This document shows positions 8,869-17,225 of a DNA stretch of 64,000 nucleotides, one piece after another. Numbering within the stretch: position 1 is the stretch's first letter; the number at the start of each line of letters is the position of its first letter. Source of the stretch: an uncultured Candidatus Actinomarina sp. (GTDB lineage Bacteria > Actinomycetota > Acidimicrobiia > Actinomarinales > Actinomarinaceae); NCBI GenBank assembly GCA_902582695.1, contig CACHTH010000001.1, positions 7,279-71,278 of the forward strand, given 5' to 3'. Position numbers and translations under genes: made by a program. The notes beneath the pieces are model-generated. The model searched no databases. It saw only the letters and a program-made list of their open reading frames with translations, and was not told where the DNA came from.

Positions 8869-10710
8869 CTAAATTTTTGACATTAAAAAGTGGCTCATAG
8901 ATTGAATACTGATCATAGGGTTCACACCTGAGCATCTTGGAAAAGTTGAAGCATCTACAATATAAACATTTTCTAAGCCATGTACTTTTCCATCTAAATT
9001 TACAACTCCTTGTTCTGGGTTTGGATTAATTCTTGCTGTACCCATCTGATGTGCTGAACCGAGAAGAATTCTAAATGGCTCATTTTTTATAGCTTTAATT
9101 TTGTTTATGAAACCTTCAATATTTTCATTTGAAGATTTTTTCCAGTGCATTGTAGGGGAGGCCGCAACCATAATTTCTTCTGCTCCAGCTAAATAGTTTG
9201 CTCTTACAAGGTTTTCTATTCCGTGAAGAAGATTGTTATGGTCAGAGTCATTTAGGCTGTAGTCCCATAAATGTTGAGGATTTTTATTAATAATAGAACC
9301 AGAGCTAGTGTCTGATGTTAAAACAATTCCCCCAGACCAATAGTTGTAACTTTCAACAAAATCATCAAACTTATCTTGATTATTTGGAAAAAATGGAAAG
9401 AAAAGACTTGGATGCATTGGCAATCCCTCAAGAAGATATCCATAGTTATTTTTCAAAAACAAATTATCATCTGAATAAATTCCCTGCATTGTTCCCGCCC
9501 ATGGCTTTTGCTCCTCTGGGAACTTTCCTGCAACACCTGAAACAGGATGAAGTTTTAAATTTTGACCAAGATGTTTATTTTTATATCCGCTATCTAACAA
9601 AATTTTTGGGGTATTGAGAGAACCGGCAGCAAGTATTACTTTATCAACTTGTACTTTATACAATGTACCACTATTTTCTACTTTTATATGAGTTGCTCTT
9701 CCATTTGAAATGACCAAACTTTGAATATTTGTATCATTAAATATATTTTCTGGGTTGAATTTATCTTCTGAAAACCATACTTTATTTGATGAGTTAATGC
9801 TTTCATCATATCGTCCAAAAGTACTAAAACCAGATTCAGTACAGTCGTCATTAATCGTATTTCTAGGAATGATTTTATAATTTAAATTATTGAGCTTAAG
9901 GCCCTCAGCTAATTTAACTTCTTTTTGGGGTATTTTATTATTTGCTATATCTACATTTAATTCACTACATACATAATCCATACTGCTTTTAAATTCATTT
10001 GAATTGAAATAGTTGTTTTGACCAGTAAGAGTATCCCATTCACTCAATATCTTATCCGGGGTTCTTAAAGAAGTTGTCCAGTTAATACTTGTACCTCCGC
10101 CAATTCCTTTACCAGCTAAAAGTAGAACCTTGTATCCTCTGGTTTGCTGTATTCCATTACTGTCATAAAAGTTATGGTAACCAAATGTTTCATTATTAAT
10201 TTCTCCATTTCCGTAACTTCCTTTTTCAAATATTCCAACTTCAAATTTTTCATTAAGTATATTTGCAGCAACACCTCCACCAGATCCACTTCCAATGACT
10301 GCAACTTCGATACTTTTTGGAATTGAGACATCTTTCTTTTCAATTTTTGTATTTTTATAAACGGGGTAGTCAAGGTATTTGTATACTGAACCCTCACCAT
10401 CAAGTGATCGTGCAGTACTTAAACCAAACAATGCAGTAATTCCTGAACCAAGTTTTCTCAATAAAGATAAATTAGAGCTTTGTAATTTTTTAATAAACTC
10501 AGGAATTTTTGAGTCTTTTATAAAGATCTTTCTTATTCCAAAAGAAAATAAATAAAAGAAAACTCTTAATTGAATAATTTCAGATCTATCAGGAAAATTT
10601 TCAATTATAAAATTGAAGTATTTTTCAGATTTTTTTACCTCTTCTTCATTAAAATTTGGATACAGATTAGTAAATACAGCTTTAAATGATTTAGAAATTC
10701 TCTTATCCAT
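8869..10710 (-). CDS. GMC-family FAD oxidoreductase with an N-terminal extension (long-chain alcohol oxidase-like)
   Basis: 613 aa. It has the FAD dinucleotide motif VIGSGSGGGVAA, a GKGIGGGTSINW segment, and the C-terminal catalytic-His region GSAHQMGTARI...VDASTFP. About 130 extra residues sit at the N-terminus. Confidence 0.8.
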   Translation of the reverse strand: MDKRISKSFKAVFTNLYPNFNEEEVKKSEKYFNFIIENFPDRSEIIQLRVFFYLFSFGIRKIFIKDSKIPEFIKKLQSSNLSLLRKLGSGITALFGLSTARSLDGEGSVYKYLDYPVYKNTKIEKKDVSIPKSIEVAVIGSGSGGGVAANILNEKFEVGIFEKGSYGNGEINNETFGYHNFYDSNGIQQTRGYKVLLLAGKGIGGGTSINWTTSLRTPDKILSEWDTLTGQNNYFNSNEFKSSMDYVCSELNVDIANNKIPQKEVKLAEGLKLNNLNYKIIPRNTINDDCTESGFSTFGRYDESINSSNKVWFSEDKFNPENIFNDTNIQSLVISNGRATHIKVENSGTLYKVQVDKVILAAGSLNTPKILLDSGYKNKHLGQNLKLHPVSGVAGKFPEEQKPWAGTMQGIYSDDNLFLKNNYGYLLEGLPMHPSLFFPFFPNNQDKFDDFVESYNYWSGGIVLTSDTSSGSIINKNPQHLWDYSLNDSDHNNLLHGIENLVRANYLAGAEEIMVAASPTMHWKKSSNENIEGFINKIKAIKNEPFRILLGSAHQMGTARINPNPEQGVVNLDGKVHGLENVYIVDASTFPRCSGVNPMISIQSMSHFLMSKI

Positions 10711-10805
10711 GTTTACATTCTACAGATTGTTACAAAGGTCAGGTTGAATTTTGACAGTTTTGGCAGTCATTAAGGCCTTTTCAAACAGCAGATTTGCAGT
10801 AATTT

Positions 10806-12275
10806 GTGAATTATAATTTTACTATGCCTGATAGAGATAATACTTATTCAACTAATCAAATAAGGAAGATATCACAATGTCACAGTTCTTACGGCAAAAA
10901 GACAAGACTTGCAAGTCCAAAATTAGATAGGTGGAAAGATTTAAATAAAGCAATTGTAGATTGGCTTAATAATGATGCTCTTGAAGAAACATCTGTAAAA
11001 GTTGCTGAAGAAAATAATTTTCAATTTTATGACACTATTCAAAAAAGGATACTTTCTGATTTATTCACAAGATTTAGAACAATTTATCCTAAAAGAAATT
11101 CCAATTTTAATCATGAGTATTTAATTAAAGAGGCCATAAAAGAAATAGATGGAGAAGAGTACGGAATAACTACTCACTTTGCCTATGAGTTTGAAGATGA
11201 TAATCAATATGAATATATAAGATTAAAAACCGCTCACGACCCAGAACCAGAGTTAATTGATAGAGCAATTATTACAAAATTGAAATCTGAAAATGAAGAA
11301 TTCTATACGGCTGCTATTGAATTAGATGACTTAGTAGAAATTGAGATGGTAGAAAATCCTGATGAAATTATTGATGATTATTTCAATATCTTAGAAGATT
11401 ATCTAAAAGGTAGGAAAAAGCGTACTCCTGGTAAACAATGCGATTACTGCGATCAAGCATCAAGATGTGGACAATTTCCACTAATTAATGCTGACAAAAT
11501 TACTAATCGAATTAGAGAAGTAAAAATATCGAAAACGAATTTGGTAAAACTTTCTAATTGCGAAAGAAGAACAGCATGGAATGTTCAATACGGTTTACCA
11601 AGAGAAGACTTTATTGAGTATGAATCAGAATCAGTAGCTACTAAGTTTCATCAATTTTCACAGGAAATTTTAGTAAATAACGAAAAATTTTCTGAAAAGC
11701 AAAATATTGAGAGTTTCAACCAATTAACAAATCAAGAGGATGAAGTTACTCGAGAACAGCTTTATTTAAAATACCAACAGCTAGTTTCACAATTAAATAA
11801 TTATGAGGACTTAATAATAAAAGAATCAGAATATATTTTAGGTTTTACATGTATCACCGAAGGAAAAGGCTTGAGAGATGGAAAAGTTGTTGACCAGAAG
11901 GTAGCAACAATATTTACTGGAAAGTCTGACTTAGCTGGAAGACTTGGTGATATACCTCTAATAATCGAGCTAAAAACACGTCCAGAAATTCCCGAAGACT
12001 TTTTAGAAGCGCAGCTTTATGCTTTAGGGGCTTCACAGCTAATGAAATCTGAAAAAGAAATAATAGTATTGCATATTTACGTATCTGACAACAATGCATC
12101 TGTAAAAGAAAGAAAGTTTGGTATTAGCGAACTCGAGTCCGCTAAAGCAAAATTTGAAGATATTGCAAAAAAGCCAGCATCTTGGATACCTTTTGATGCG
12201 TTGAGCCCTAGTCACAAAGTTGGTGAATGGTGTGATTATTGTGAGTTTAAGAATACTTGTACAGAATTTAGATAA
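10806..12275 (+). CDS. tandem Cas4/RecB-like PD-(D/E)XK nuclease-fold protein with two four-Cys (putative 4Fe-4S) sets
   Basis: 489 aa. The C-terminal half has C252, a D in GKSDLAGRL, IIELKT (ExK), EAQLYALG (QxxxY) and CDYCEFKNTC (C476/479/485). The N-terminal half repeats the scaffold with C25 and CDYCDQASRC (C212/215/221), but its ExK is degenerate (IRLKT). The start is GTG 10806 or ATG 10824. Confidence 0.65.
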   Translation: MNYNFTMPDRDNTYSTNQIRKISQCHSSYGKKTRLASPKLDRWKDLNKAIVDWLNNDALEETSVKVAEENNFQFYDTIQKRILSDLFTRFRTIYPKRNSNFNHEYLIKEAIKEIDGEEYGITTHFAYEFEDDNQYEYIRLKTAHDPEPELIDRAIITKLKSENEEFYTAAIELDDLVEIEMVENPDEIIDDYFNILEDYLKGRKKRTPGKQCDYCDQASRCGQFPLINADKITNRIREVKISKTNLVKLSNCERRTAWNVQYGLPREDFIEYESESVATKFHQFSQEILVNNEKFSEKQNIESFNQLTNQEDEVTREQLYLKYQQLVSQLNNYEDLIIKESEYILGFTCITEGKGLRDGKVVDQKVATIFTGKSDLAGRLGDIPLIIELKTRPEIPEDFLEAQLYALGASQLMKSEKEIIVLHIYVSDNNASVKERKFGISELESAKAKFEDIAKKPASWIPFDALSPSHKVGEWCDYCEFKNTCTEFR

Positions 12276-12313
12276 GTTCATCTTTAGACTCAAGTAAATA
12301 TATAATTATTTTG

Positions 12314-14575
12314 ATGGATCTTTCAAAAACACATATTCAATTGGTAGAAAGAGTTTATAAAACTCTTGAATCAAATATTGCTGAATTCAAAGCTAGAAAA
12401 GGTAATTCACTGACTTTAGCTGAGAAAGTTTTATATGGCCACGCTAAAGACGTATCTGATATCTCACTAAATAGAGGCGAAGACTTTGGTGACTTTTTGC
12501 CTGATAGAGTAGCGATGCAGGACGCTACAGCACAAATGGCATTGCTCCAATTTATGCAAGCTGAACTACCAGAGACAGCAGTTCCCACTACAGTTCACTG
12601 CGATCATTTGATTCAAGCTTATGAAGGGGCAAATAGTGATTTAAAAGTCGCTAATAAAACACATAAAGAAGTATTTGATTTTTTACGGACAGCATCTGAA
12701 AAATTTAATATTGGTTTTTGGGGTCCAGGGGCTGGAATTATTCATCAAGTTGTTCTTGAGCAGTATGCATTTCCTGGTGGAATGATGATTGGAACTGATA
12801 GCCACACACCAAATGCAGGGGGATTAGGTATGGTTGCAATTGGAGTTGGTGGAGCTGATGCAGTTGATGTAATGGCTGGTATGCCTTTCAATACAAAAAT
12901 ACCAAAATTAATTGGGGTAAAACTTACAGGAAAATTAAGTGGTTGGACAGCTCCCAAAGATATAATTTTGAAAGTTGCAGAAATTTTGACCGTAAAAGGT
13001 GGCACGAATGCAATTGTTGAGTATTTTGGCGAAGGAACAGAGTCTATTTCTACTACAGGAAAAGCAACTATAACAAATATGGGTGCTGAAATTGGCGCAA
13101 CATGCTCTATATTTCCATTTGACGTAAAAGGTGAAGAATATCTCAAAGCCACAGGAAGAGGAGATATAGCGTCTCTTGCTAAGGAAAATATGCATTTGTT
13201 AACTCCAGACGATGATGTTGTTGCAAACCCTGAAAATTATTTTGATCAAGTTATTGAAATTGATTTAGATAGTCTTGAGCCACATGTTGTGGGTCCACAT
13301 ACACCAGACTTAGCTCGCCCAGTATCAGAATTGAAAGATGATGCTGTAGAAAATAATTACCCTTTAGAAATTTCAAACGCTCTTATAGGTTCATGCACTA
13401 ATTCATCTTATGAAGATATTGGTCGAGCAGCTTTTATAGCAAGAGAAGCAGCTAAAAAAGGTTTAAAATCTAAAGTCCCACTTATGGTCACTCCAGGGTC
13501 CGAAATTACTAGAGCAACTATTGAAAGAGATGGATACTTAAAAGATCTTGAAGCAATAGGCGCTACTGTCCTTGCAAATGCATGTGGACCGTGTATTGGA
13601 CAATGGAAAAGAGATGATATTGAAGAAGGACAGACTAACACAATTGTCTCTTCGTACAATAGAAACTTTCCAGCAAGAAATGATGGCAATAAGGAAACGT
13701 TATCCTTTATTGGTTCACCTGAAACTGTAATTGGCCTTGCTTTAGGTGGAACTTTAGAATTCGATTTTCTTAATGATACTTTAATCAACGAAGACGGTGA
13801 AGAGGTAAAGCTCTCACCTCCAACTGCAGAAGAGCTACCTTCAGAAGGGTTTGAAAGCACTTTGGAAGGTTTTGTCCAGCCGAAAGAAAATAGTGAAGTT
13901 GAAGTTGTTATAAGTCCAGATTCTGAGAGATTACAAGCTTTAACACCATTTGACTCATTTGATTCTAGCAATTATTTAGACATGACTGTAATTATGAAAG
14001 CTGTAGGAAAGTGTACAACTGATCATATATCACCTGCAGGTAAATGGTTAAGGTTTAGAGGTCACCTAGAAAATATTTCTCAAAATTTATTTATAGGTGT
14101 TAATAATGCTTTTTCAGAAGACTCAGGGACAGGTGTTAATACCCTTAACAATGAAATTATGACATTGCCTGATCTTGCAAAAACATACCATGAAAATAAT
14201 ATAAACTGGATTGCAATTGGTGATGAAAATTACGGTGAGGGATCATCAAGGGAACATGCTGCAATGGAGCCAAGGTTCAGAGGTTGTAGGGTAGTTTTGG
14301 TTAAAAGCTTTGCAAGAATCCACGAAGCTAATTTGAAAAAGCAAGGAATACTACCGCTAACCTTTGAAGATAAAGCTGACTATGAAAAGATACAGCAGAA
14401 TGATAAATTAACTATTAAAAATCTCGAAAACTTAAGTCCTGGAAGTAAAGTTATAGTCTCTATACAGAAAGAAGACGGTTCAACAGTGGATATAGATACC
14501 AGCCATTCTCTATCTGAAGAACAAATAAGTTGGTTTGAAAGTGGATCAGCTTTAAATTATATAAAATCAAATTAA
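12314..14575 (+). CDS. acn: aconitate hydratase, mitochondrial-type (about 750 aa)
   Basis: Long stretches are nearly identical to mammalian mitochondrial aconitase as I recall it (PDRVAMQDATAQMALLQF, GTDSHTPNAGGLG, GVGGADAVDVMAG, GSCTNSSYED, NACGPCIGQW, IGDENYGEGSSREHAA). The ATG at 12314 lies just after a TTG at 12311. Confidence 0.92.
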   Translation: MDLSKTHIQLVERVYKTLESNIAEFKARKGNSLTLAEKVLYGHAKDVSDISLNRGEDFGDFLPDRVAMQDATAQMALLQFMQAELPETAVPTTVHCDHLIQAYEGANSDLKVANKTHKEVFDFLRTASEKFNIGFWGPGAGIIHQVVLEQYAFPGGMMIGTDSHTPNAGGLGMVAIGVGGADAVDVMAGMPFNTKIPKLIGVKLTGKLSGWTAPKDIILKVAEILTVKGGTNAIVEYFGEGTESISTTGKATITNMGAEIGATCSIFPFDVKGEEYLKATGRGDIASLAKENMHLLTPDDDVVANPENYFDQVIEIDLDSLEPHVVGPHTPDLARPVSELKDDAVENNYPLEISNALIGSCTNSSYEDIGRAAFIAREAAKKGLKSKVPLMVTPGSEITRATIERDGYLKDLEAIGATVLANACGPCIGQWKRDDIEEGQTNTIVSSYNRNFPARNDGNKETLSFIGSPETVIGLALGGTLEFDFLNDTLINEDGEEVKLSPPTAEELPSEGFESTLEGFVQPKENSEVEVVISPDSERLQALTPFDSFDSSNYLDMTVIMKAVGKCTTDHISPAGKWLRFRGHLENISQNLFIGVNNAFSEDSGTGVNTLNNEIMTLPDLAKTYHENNINWIAIGDENYGEGSSREHAAMEPRFRGCRVVLVKSFARIHEANLKKQGILPLTFEDKADYEKIQQNDKLTIKNLENLSPGSKVIVSIQKEDGSTVDIDTSHSLSEEQISWFESGSALNYIKSN

Positions 14576-15222
14576 TGGAAAATTTTTCAGAAAAGATTCA
14601 ATCTCTTCGTAACGAATACAGCGATTTAGACCTGACATCAGAAGATCTAAATCAAGACCCTATAACACAATTTACAAAGTGGCTCGATGAAGCTATTGAA
14701 ACACAAATTTACGAACCTAATGCAATGGTTCTAGCTACTGTAGATGAAAATGCTCCAAGATCGAGATACGTATTATTTAAAAATATCGTAAATAATAATT
14801 TGATCTTTCATACACACTATGAGAGTCCAAAAGCAGCGGAGATATTTGCTAACCCTAATGTTTCTGGTATTTTTTACTGGGCTGAGATCCATAGGCAAGT
14901 CAGATTTCAAGGTATAGCAAGAAAAGCTGACTCACAAGTATCCGATGAATATTTTAAAACAAGACCAAGAGGCGGACAATTAAGTGCGTTGGCCTCTGCA
15001 CAAAGCAATATTATCTCCTCCAGAGAAGATGTTACGAATAAAATTGATGAACTTGAAAAAGAATATGCAGGAAAAGAAATACCAAGACCTGACTTTTGGG
15101 GTGGGTTCGCTATTGAAGTCAATTATTGGGAGTTTTGGCAGGGGAGAAGAAACAGGACACATGATAGGTTTTGTTATAAGCCAGAAAACAATTCATGGAA
15201 AATTGAAAGGATGTCCCCATAA
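14575..15222 (+). CDS. pdxH: pyridoxamine 5'-phosphate oxidase
   Basis: 215 aa with PdxH-typical segments (NAMVLATVDENAPRSRYVLFK, YFKTRPRGGQLSA, WEFWQGRRNRTHDR, C-terminal ERMSP). Confidence 0.9.
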   Translation: MENFSEKIQSLRNEYSDLDLTSEDLNQDPITQFTKWLDEAIETQIYEPNAMVLATVDENAPRSRYVLFKNIVNNNLIFHTHYESPKAAEIFANPNVSGIFYWAEIHRQVRFQGIARKADSQVSDEYFKTRPRGGQLSALASAQSNIISSREDVTNKIDELEKEYAGKEIPRPDFWGGFAIEVNYWEFWQGRRNRTHDRFCYKPENNSWKIERMSP

Positions 15223-15884
15223 TGAGACCAATAAAAGTAACCAAAAATTTTATTAATTCTGCTGAAAACTCAGTTTTATACGAATCAGGCAATACAAAGG
15301 TATTGGTTACAGTATCTGTCTCAACTAGACTTCCAGACTGGTTGCTGAATTCTGATAAGGGCTGGGTAACTGCAGAATACAATATGTTACCTGGGTCATC
15401 AGGCAATAGAGTATCAAGAAAATCTTATGAGTCTGGTAGATCTAAAGAAATTTCAAGATTAATCGGAAGATCTTTAAGAGCTGTTTGTAATTTAGGAATT
15501 ATAAACGGGTACTCCTTTACAGTAGATTGCGATGTGCTAGAAGCTGATGGCGGTACAAGAACAGCTTCTGTTAATGGCGCTTGGATAGCTCTGAATGATA
15601 CATTTGAAAAAATGATCCAGGAAAACAAATTAAATCAAAATCCACTTATAAGTAAAGTTGGTGCTATTTCAGTTGGGATTGTTAATGGCGAATTGGTAGC
15701 AGATCTTGATTATGAAAAAGATTCCAATGCAGAGGTTGATCTAAATTTAGTATTGGATGAAAAATTTGAAATATTAGAGATACAGGGCACTGCAGAAGGA
15801 AAGCCATTTCCAAAAGAACATCTTGATCAACTTTTTGAACTTGGAAAAGTGTGTATAAAAGAAGTATTTGAAATACAAAAATAA
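15222..15884 (+). CDS. rph: ribonuclease PH
   Basis: 220 aa, collinear with E. coli Rph (GWVTAEYNMLPGSS, CDVLEADGGTRTAS, IQGTAEGKPF). Its start overlaps the pdxH stop (TAATG). Confidence 0.92.
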   Translation: MRPIKVTKNFINSAENSVLYESGNTKVLVTVSVSTRLPDWLLNSDKGWVTAEYNMLPGSSGNRVSRKSYESGRSKEISRLIGRSLRAVCNLGIINGYSFTVDCDVLEADGGTRTASVNGAWIALNDTFEKMIQENKLNQNPLISKVGAISVGIVNGELVADLDYEKDSNAEVDLNLVLDEKFEILEIQGTAEGKPFPKEHLDQLFELGKVCIKEVFEIQK

Positions 15885-15888
15885 GCAA

Positions 15889-16464
15889 ATGGAAATCCTT
15901 TTAGCTTCAAATAATAAAAATAAGCACAAAGAGTTATTAAAAATTTTTCAAGAATTTGGAAGTAAACACACTTTGATAGTTAATGAAGATATTCCAGATG
16001 TGATTGAAGATAAAAAAACAATTGAAGAAAATGCAAAAAAAAAGGCTGAAGAATGTTATGAGGTTTTTAAATCTCCAATTATTTCAGATGATTCAGGTTT
16101 GTTTGTAGATGCATTAGATGGTCAGCCTGGTGTTCATTCAAAGAGATATGCAGGCTTAGGTTCTACAGATGTTGAAAATAATCAAAAATTAATAAATGAA
16201 CTTAAGACAGCTAATAATCTGAGTGCGTTTTTTAAAACAGTTCTTTGTTATTTTGATGGTTTAAATTTTATAACGTCAGAAGGAGTTCTTAAGGGAAATA
16301 TTGTATTTGAACCAAGAGGAAAAAATGGTTTTGGCTATGATTCTATTTTTGAGGTTAGCGGTAAAACATTGGCTGAAATGACTCTAGATGAAAAATCAAA
16401 TATAAGCCATAGAAAATTAGCAGCGGTAAAGTTAGTTGAGATGTTAAATGAACACAAAGTTTAA
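15889..16464 (+). CDS. rdgB: non-canonical purine NTP pyrophosphatase (RdgB/HAM1 family)
   Basis: The MEILLASNNKNKHKE start is typical of RdgB, and the motifs DSGLFVDALDGQPGVHSKRY and GFGYDSIF are present. I prefer ATG 15889 to the track's TTG 15868, which overlaps rph. Confidence 0.88.
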   Translation: MEILLASNNKNKHKELLKIFQEFGSKHTLIVNEDIPDVIEDKKTIEENAKKKAEECYEVFKSPIISDDSGLFVDALDGQPGVHSKRYAGLGSTDVENNQKLINELKTANNLSAFFKTVLCYFDGLNFITSEGVLKGNIVFEPRGKNGFGYDSIFEVSGKTLAEMTLDEKSNISHRKLAAVKLVEMLNEHKV

Positions 16465-17134
16465 GTTTTATCTGCTTATTATATTTCTTCTTTTTTCTGC
16501 TTGTGAAGTTAAGTGGAGTATGGAAGTTAAATTCAATGAAGATTATTCAGGTAGTTATAAAATATTAATTTTACTCGATCAGGATGCACAGTTTTATGCA
16601 TTAGAAACTGGTCAAACAACAGCCATTGGTGGATTAGACGCTATACTTGCAGATCTTCCAGAAGGGTATGGATCGTCAATTTATCAAGAGGGAAACTATT
16701 TAGGTATTTTAGTTAGAAATGATTTTCAAAATACTGAAGAGTTGCAAGCTCAATTTAAATTACTAAATGAAAACGAAAATACAGCATTATTACTGCTCCC
16801 TATTGAAGAAATAAACTTTAGTGAGTCAAGTAGGTCATTTAATATAAATGGAATTTTTGGAGAAATCTTTGTTTCAGATGAGGAAAGTATAGAGGGATAT
16901 GACAATGTTTTTGACGGCAAGTTGTCTGTGATTGTTCCTGGAAATATCACTAGTCCTAAGCTTGAGAATATTGTCAATAACACAGTGATTTTTGATATTG
17001 AAGGAACTTCTGTAAAAACTTTTGAAGTGGTTGCAAATAAGTACTCATTTTTAAGCCCAACAAATATCATAATTTTATTCTTTGTACTTTCATTGATATA
17101 TATTTTTGTTAGACAATATAGAAAAAAGAACTAA
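16448..17134 (+). CDS. LppM/DUF3153-like lipoprotein with a C-terminal TM anchor
   Basis: 228 aa with a signal peptide and lipobox (LLFSAC) and a C-terminal TM helix (IIILFFVLSLIYIFV) followed by RQYRKKN. The overall layout and several segments resemble mycobacterial LppM, from recall. Confidence 0.55.
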   Translation: MNTKFKFYLLIIFLLFSACEVKWSMEVKFNEDYSGSYKILILLDQDAQFYALETGQTTAIGGLDAILADLPEGYGSSIYQEGNYLGILVRNDFQNTEELQAQFKLLNENENTALLLLPIEEINFSESSRSFNINGIFGEIFVSDEESIEGYDNVFDGKLSVIVPGNITSPKLENIVNNTVIFDIEGTSVKTFEVVANKYSFLSPTNIIILFFVLSLIYIFVRQYRKKN

Positions 17135-17144
17135 AATTGACTCA

Positions 17145-17171
17145 ATGAAAAAAATTATAATTATTATTTAG
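17145..17171 (+). promoter_or_regulatory. candidate leader peptide ORF MKKIIIII with five consecutive Ile codons (attenuator leader)
   Basis: The sequence is ATG AAA AAA ATT ATA ATT ATT ATT TAG. It starts 10 nt after the upstream stop codon. Its stop codon abuts alternative hairpins and a terminator located just before cimA. Confidence 0.55.
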
Positions 17172-17194
17172 GAGCAACGTAAAAAACGTTGTTG

Positions 17195-17220
17195 CCCTTG
17201 CTTTGCAAGGGTTTTTTTTT
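17195..17220 (+). terminator. intrinsic terminator (7-bp stem, 3-nt loop, T9 tract) in the cimA leader
   Basis: CCCTTGC (17195-17201) pairs with GCAAGGG (17205-17211) across a TTT loop. Nine T residues follow (17212-17220). The cimA ATG is at 17226. Confidence 0.8.
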
Positions 17221-17225
17221 GGAAT

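Noticed and set aside
10812-10826. A TATAAT hexamer (10812-10817) placed so that transcription would start exactly at the ATG at 10824, giving a leaderless mRNA for the nuclease gene.
   Set aside because: The spacing is right, but TATAAT-like hexamers occur by chance very often in this AT-rich DNA, and I see no convincing -35 or extended -10 element. I note it only as a reason the start codon (10806 or 10824) is uncertain.
10806-12275. The Cas4-like nuclease as evidence of a CRISPR-Cas or other defence locus.
   Set aside because: No repeat-spacer array and no cas1/cas2 or effector genes lie anywhere in the window. The neighbours are metabolic genes. I treat it as a stand-alone RecB/Cas4-fold protein.
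12745-13971. Long antisense ORFs inside aconitase (12745-13152, 12935-13195 and 13408-13971, minus strand). Similar antisense ORFs lie inside other conserved genes, for example 24676-25143 in clpX, 26534-26935 in valS, 35515-35970 in rne and 16750-17070.
   Set aside because: Each lies entirely antisense to a gene with strong, motif-level homology. Their translations are low-complexity (Ser/Ile/Phe/Lys rich) with no recognisable motifs. Such shadow ORFs are expected in AT-rich, codon-biased sequence.
17173-17193. The first hairpin after the leader ORF (17173-17179 pairing with 17187-17193) as an independent terminator.
   Set aside because: It is mostly A:U/G:U paired and is not followed by a T tract. 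It is better read as one of the alternative structures of the proposed attenuator.
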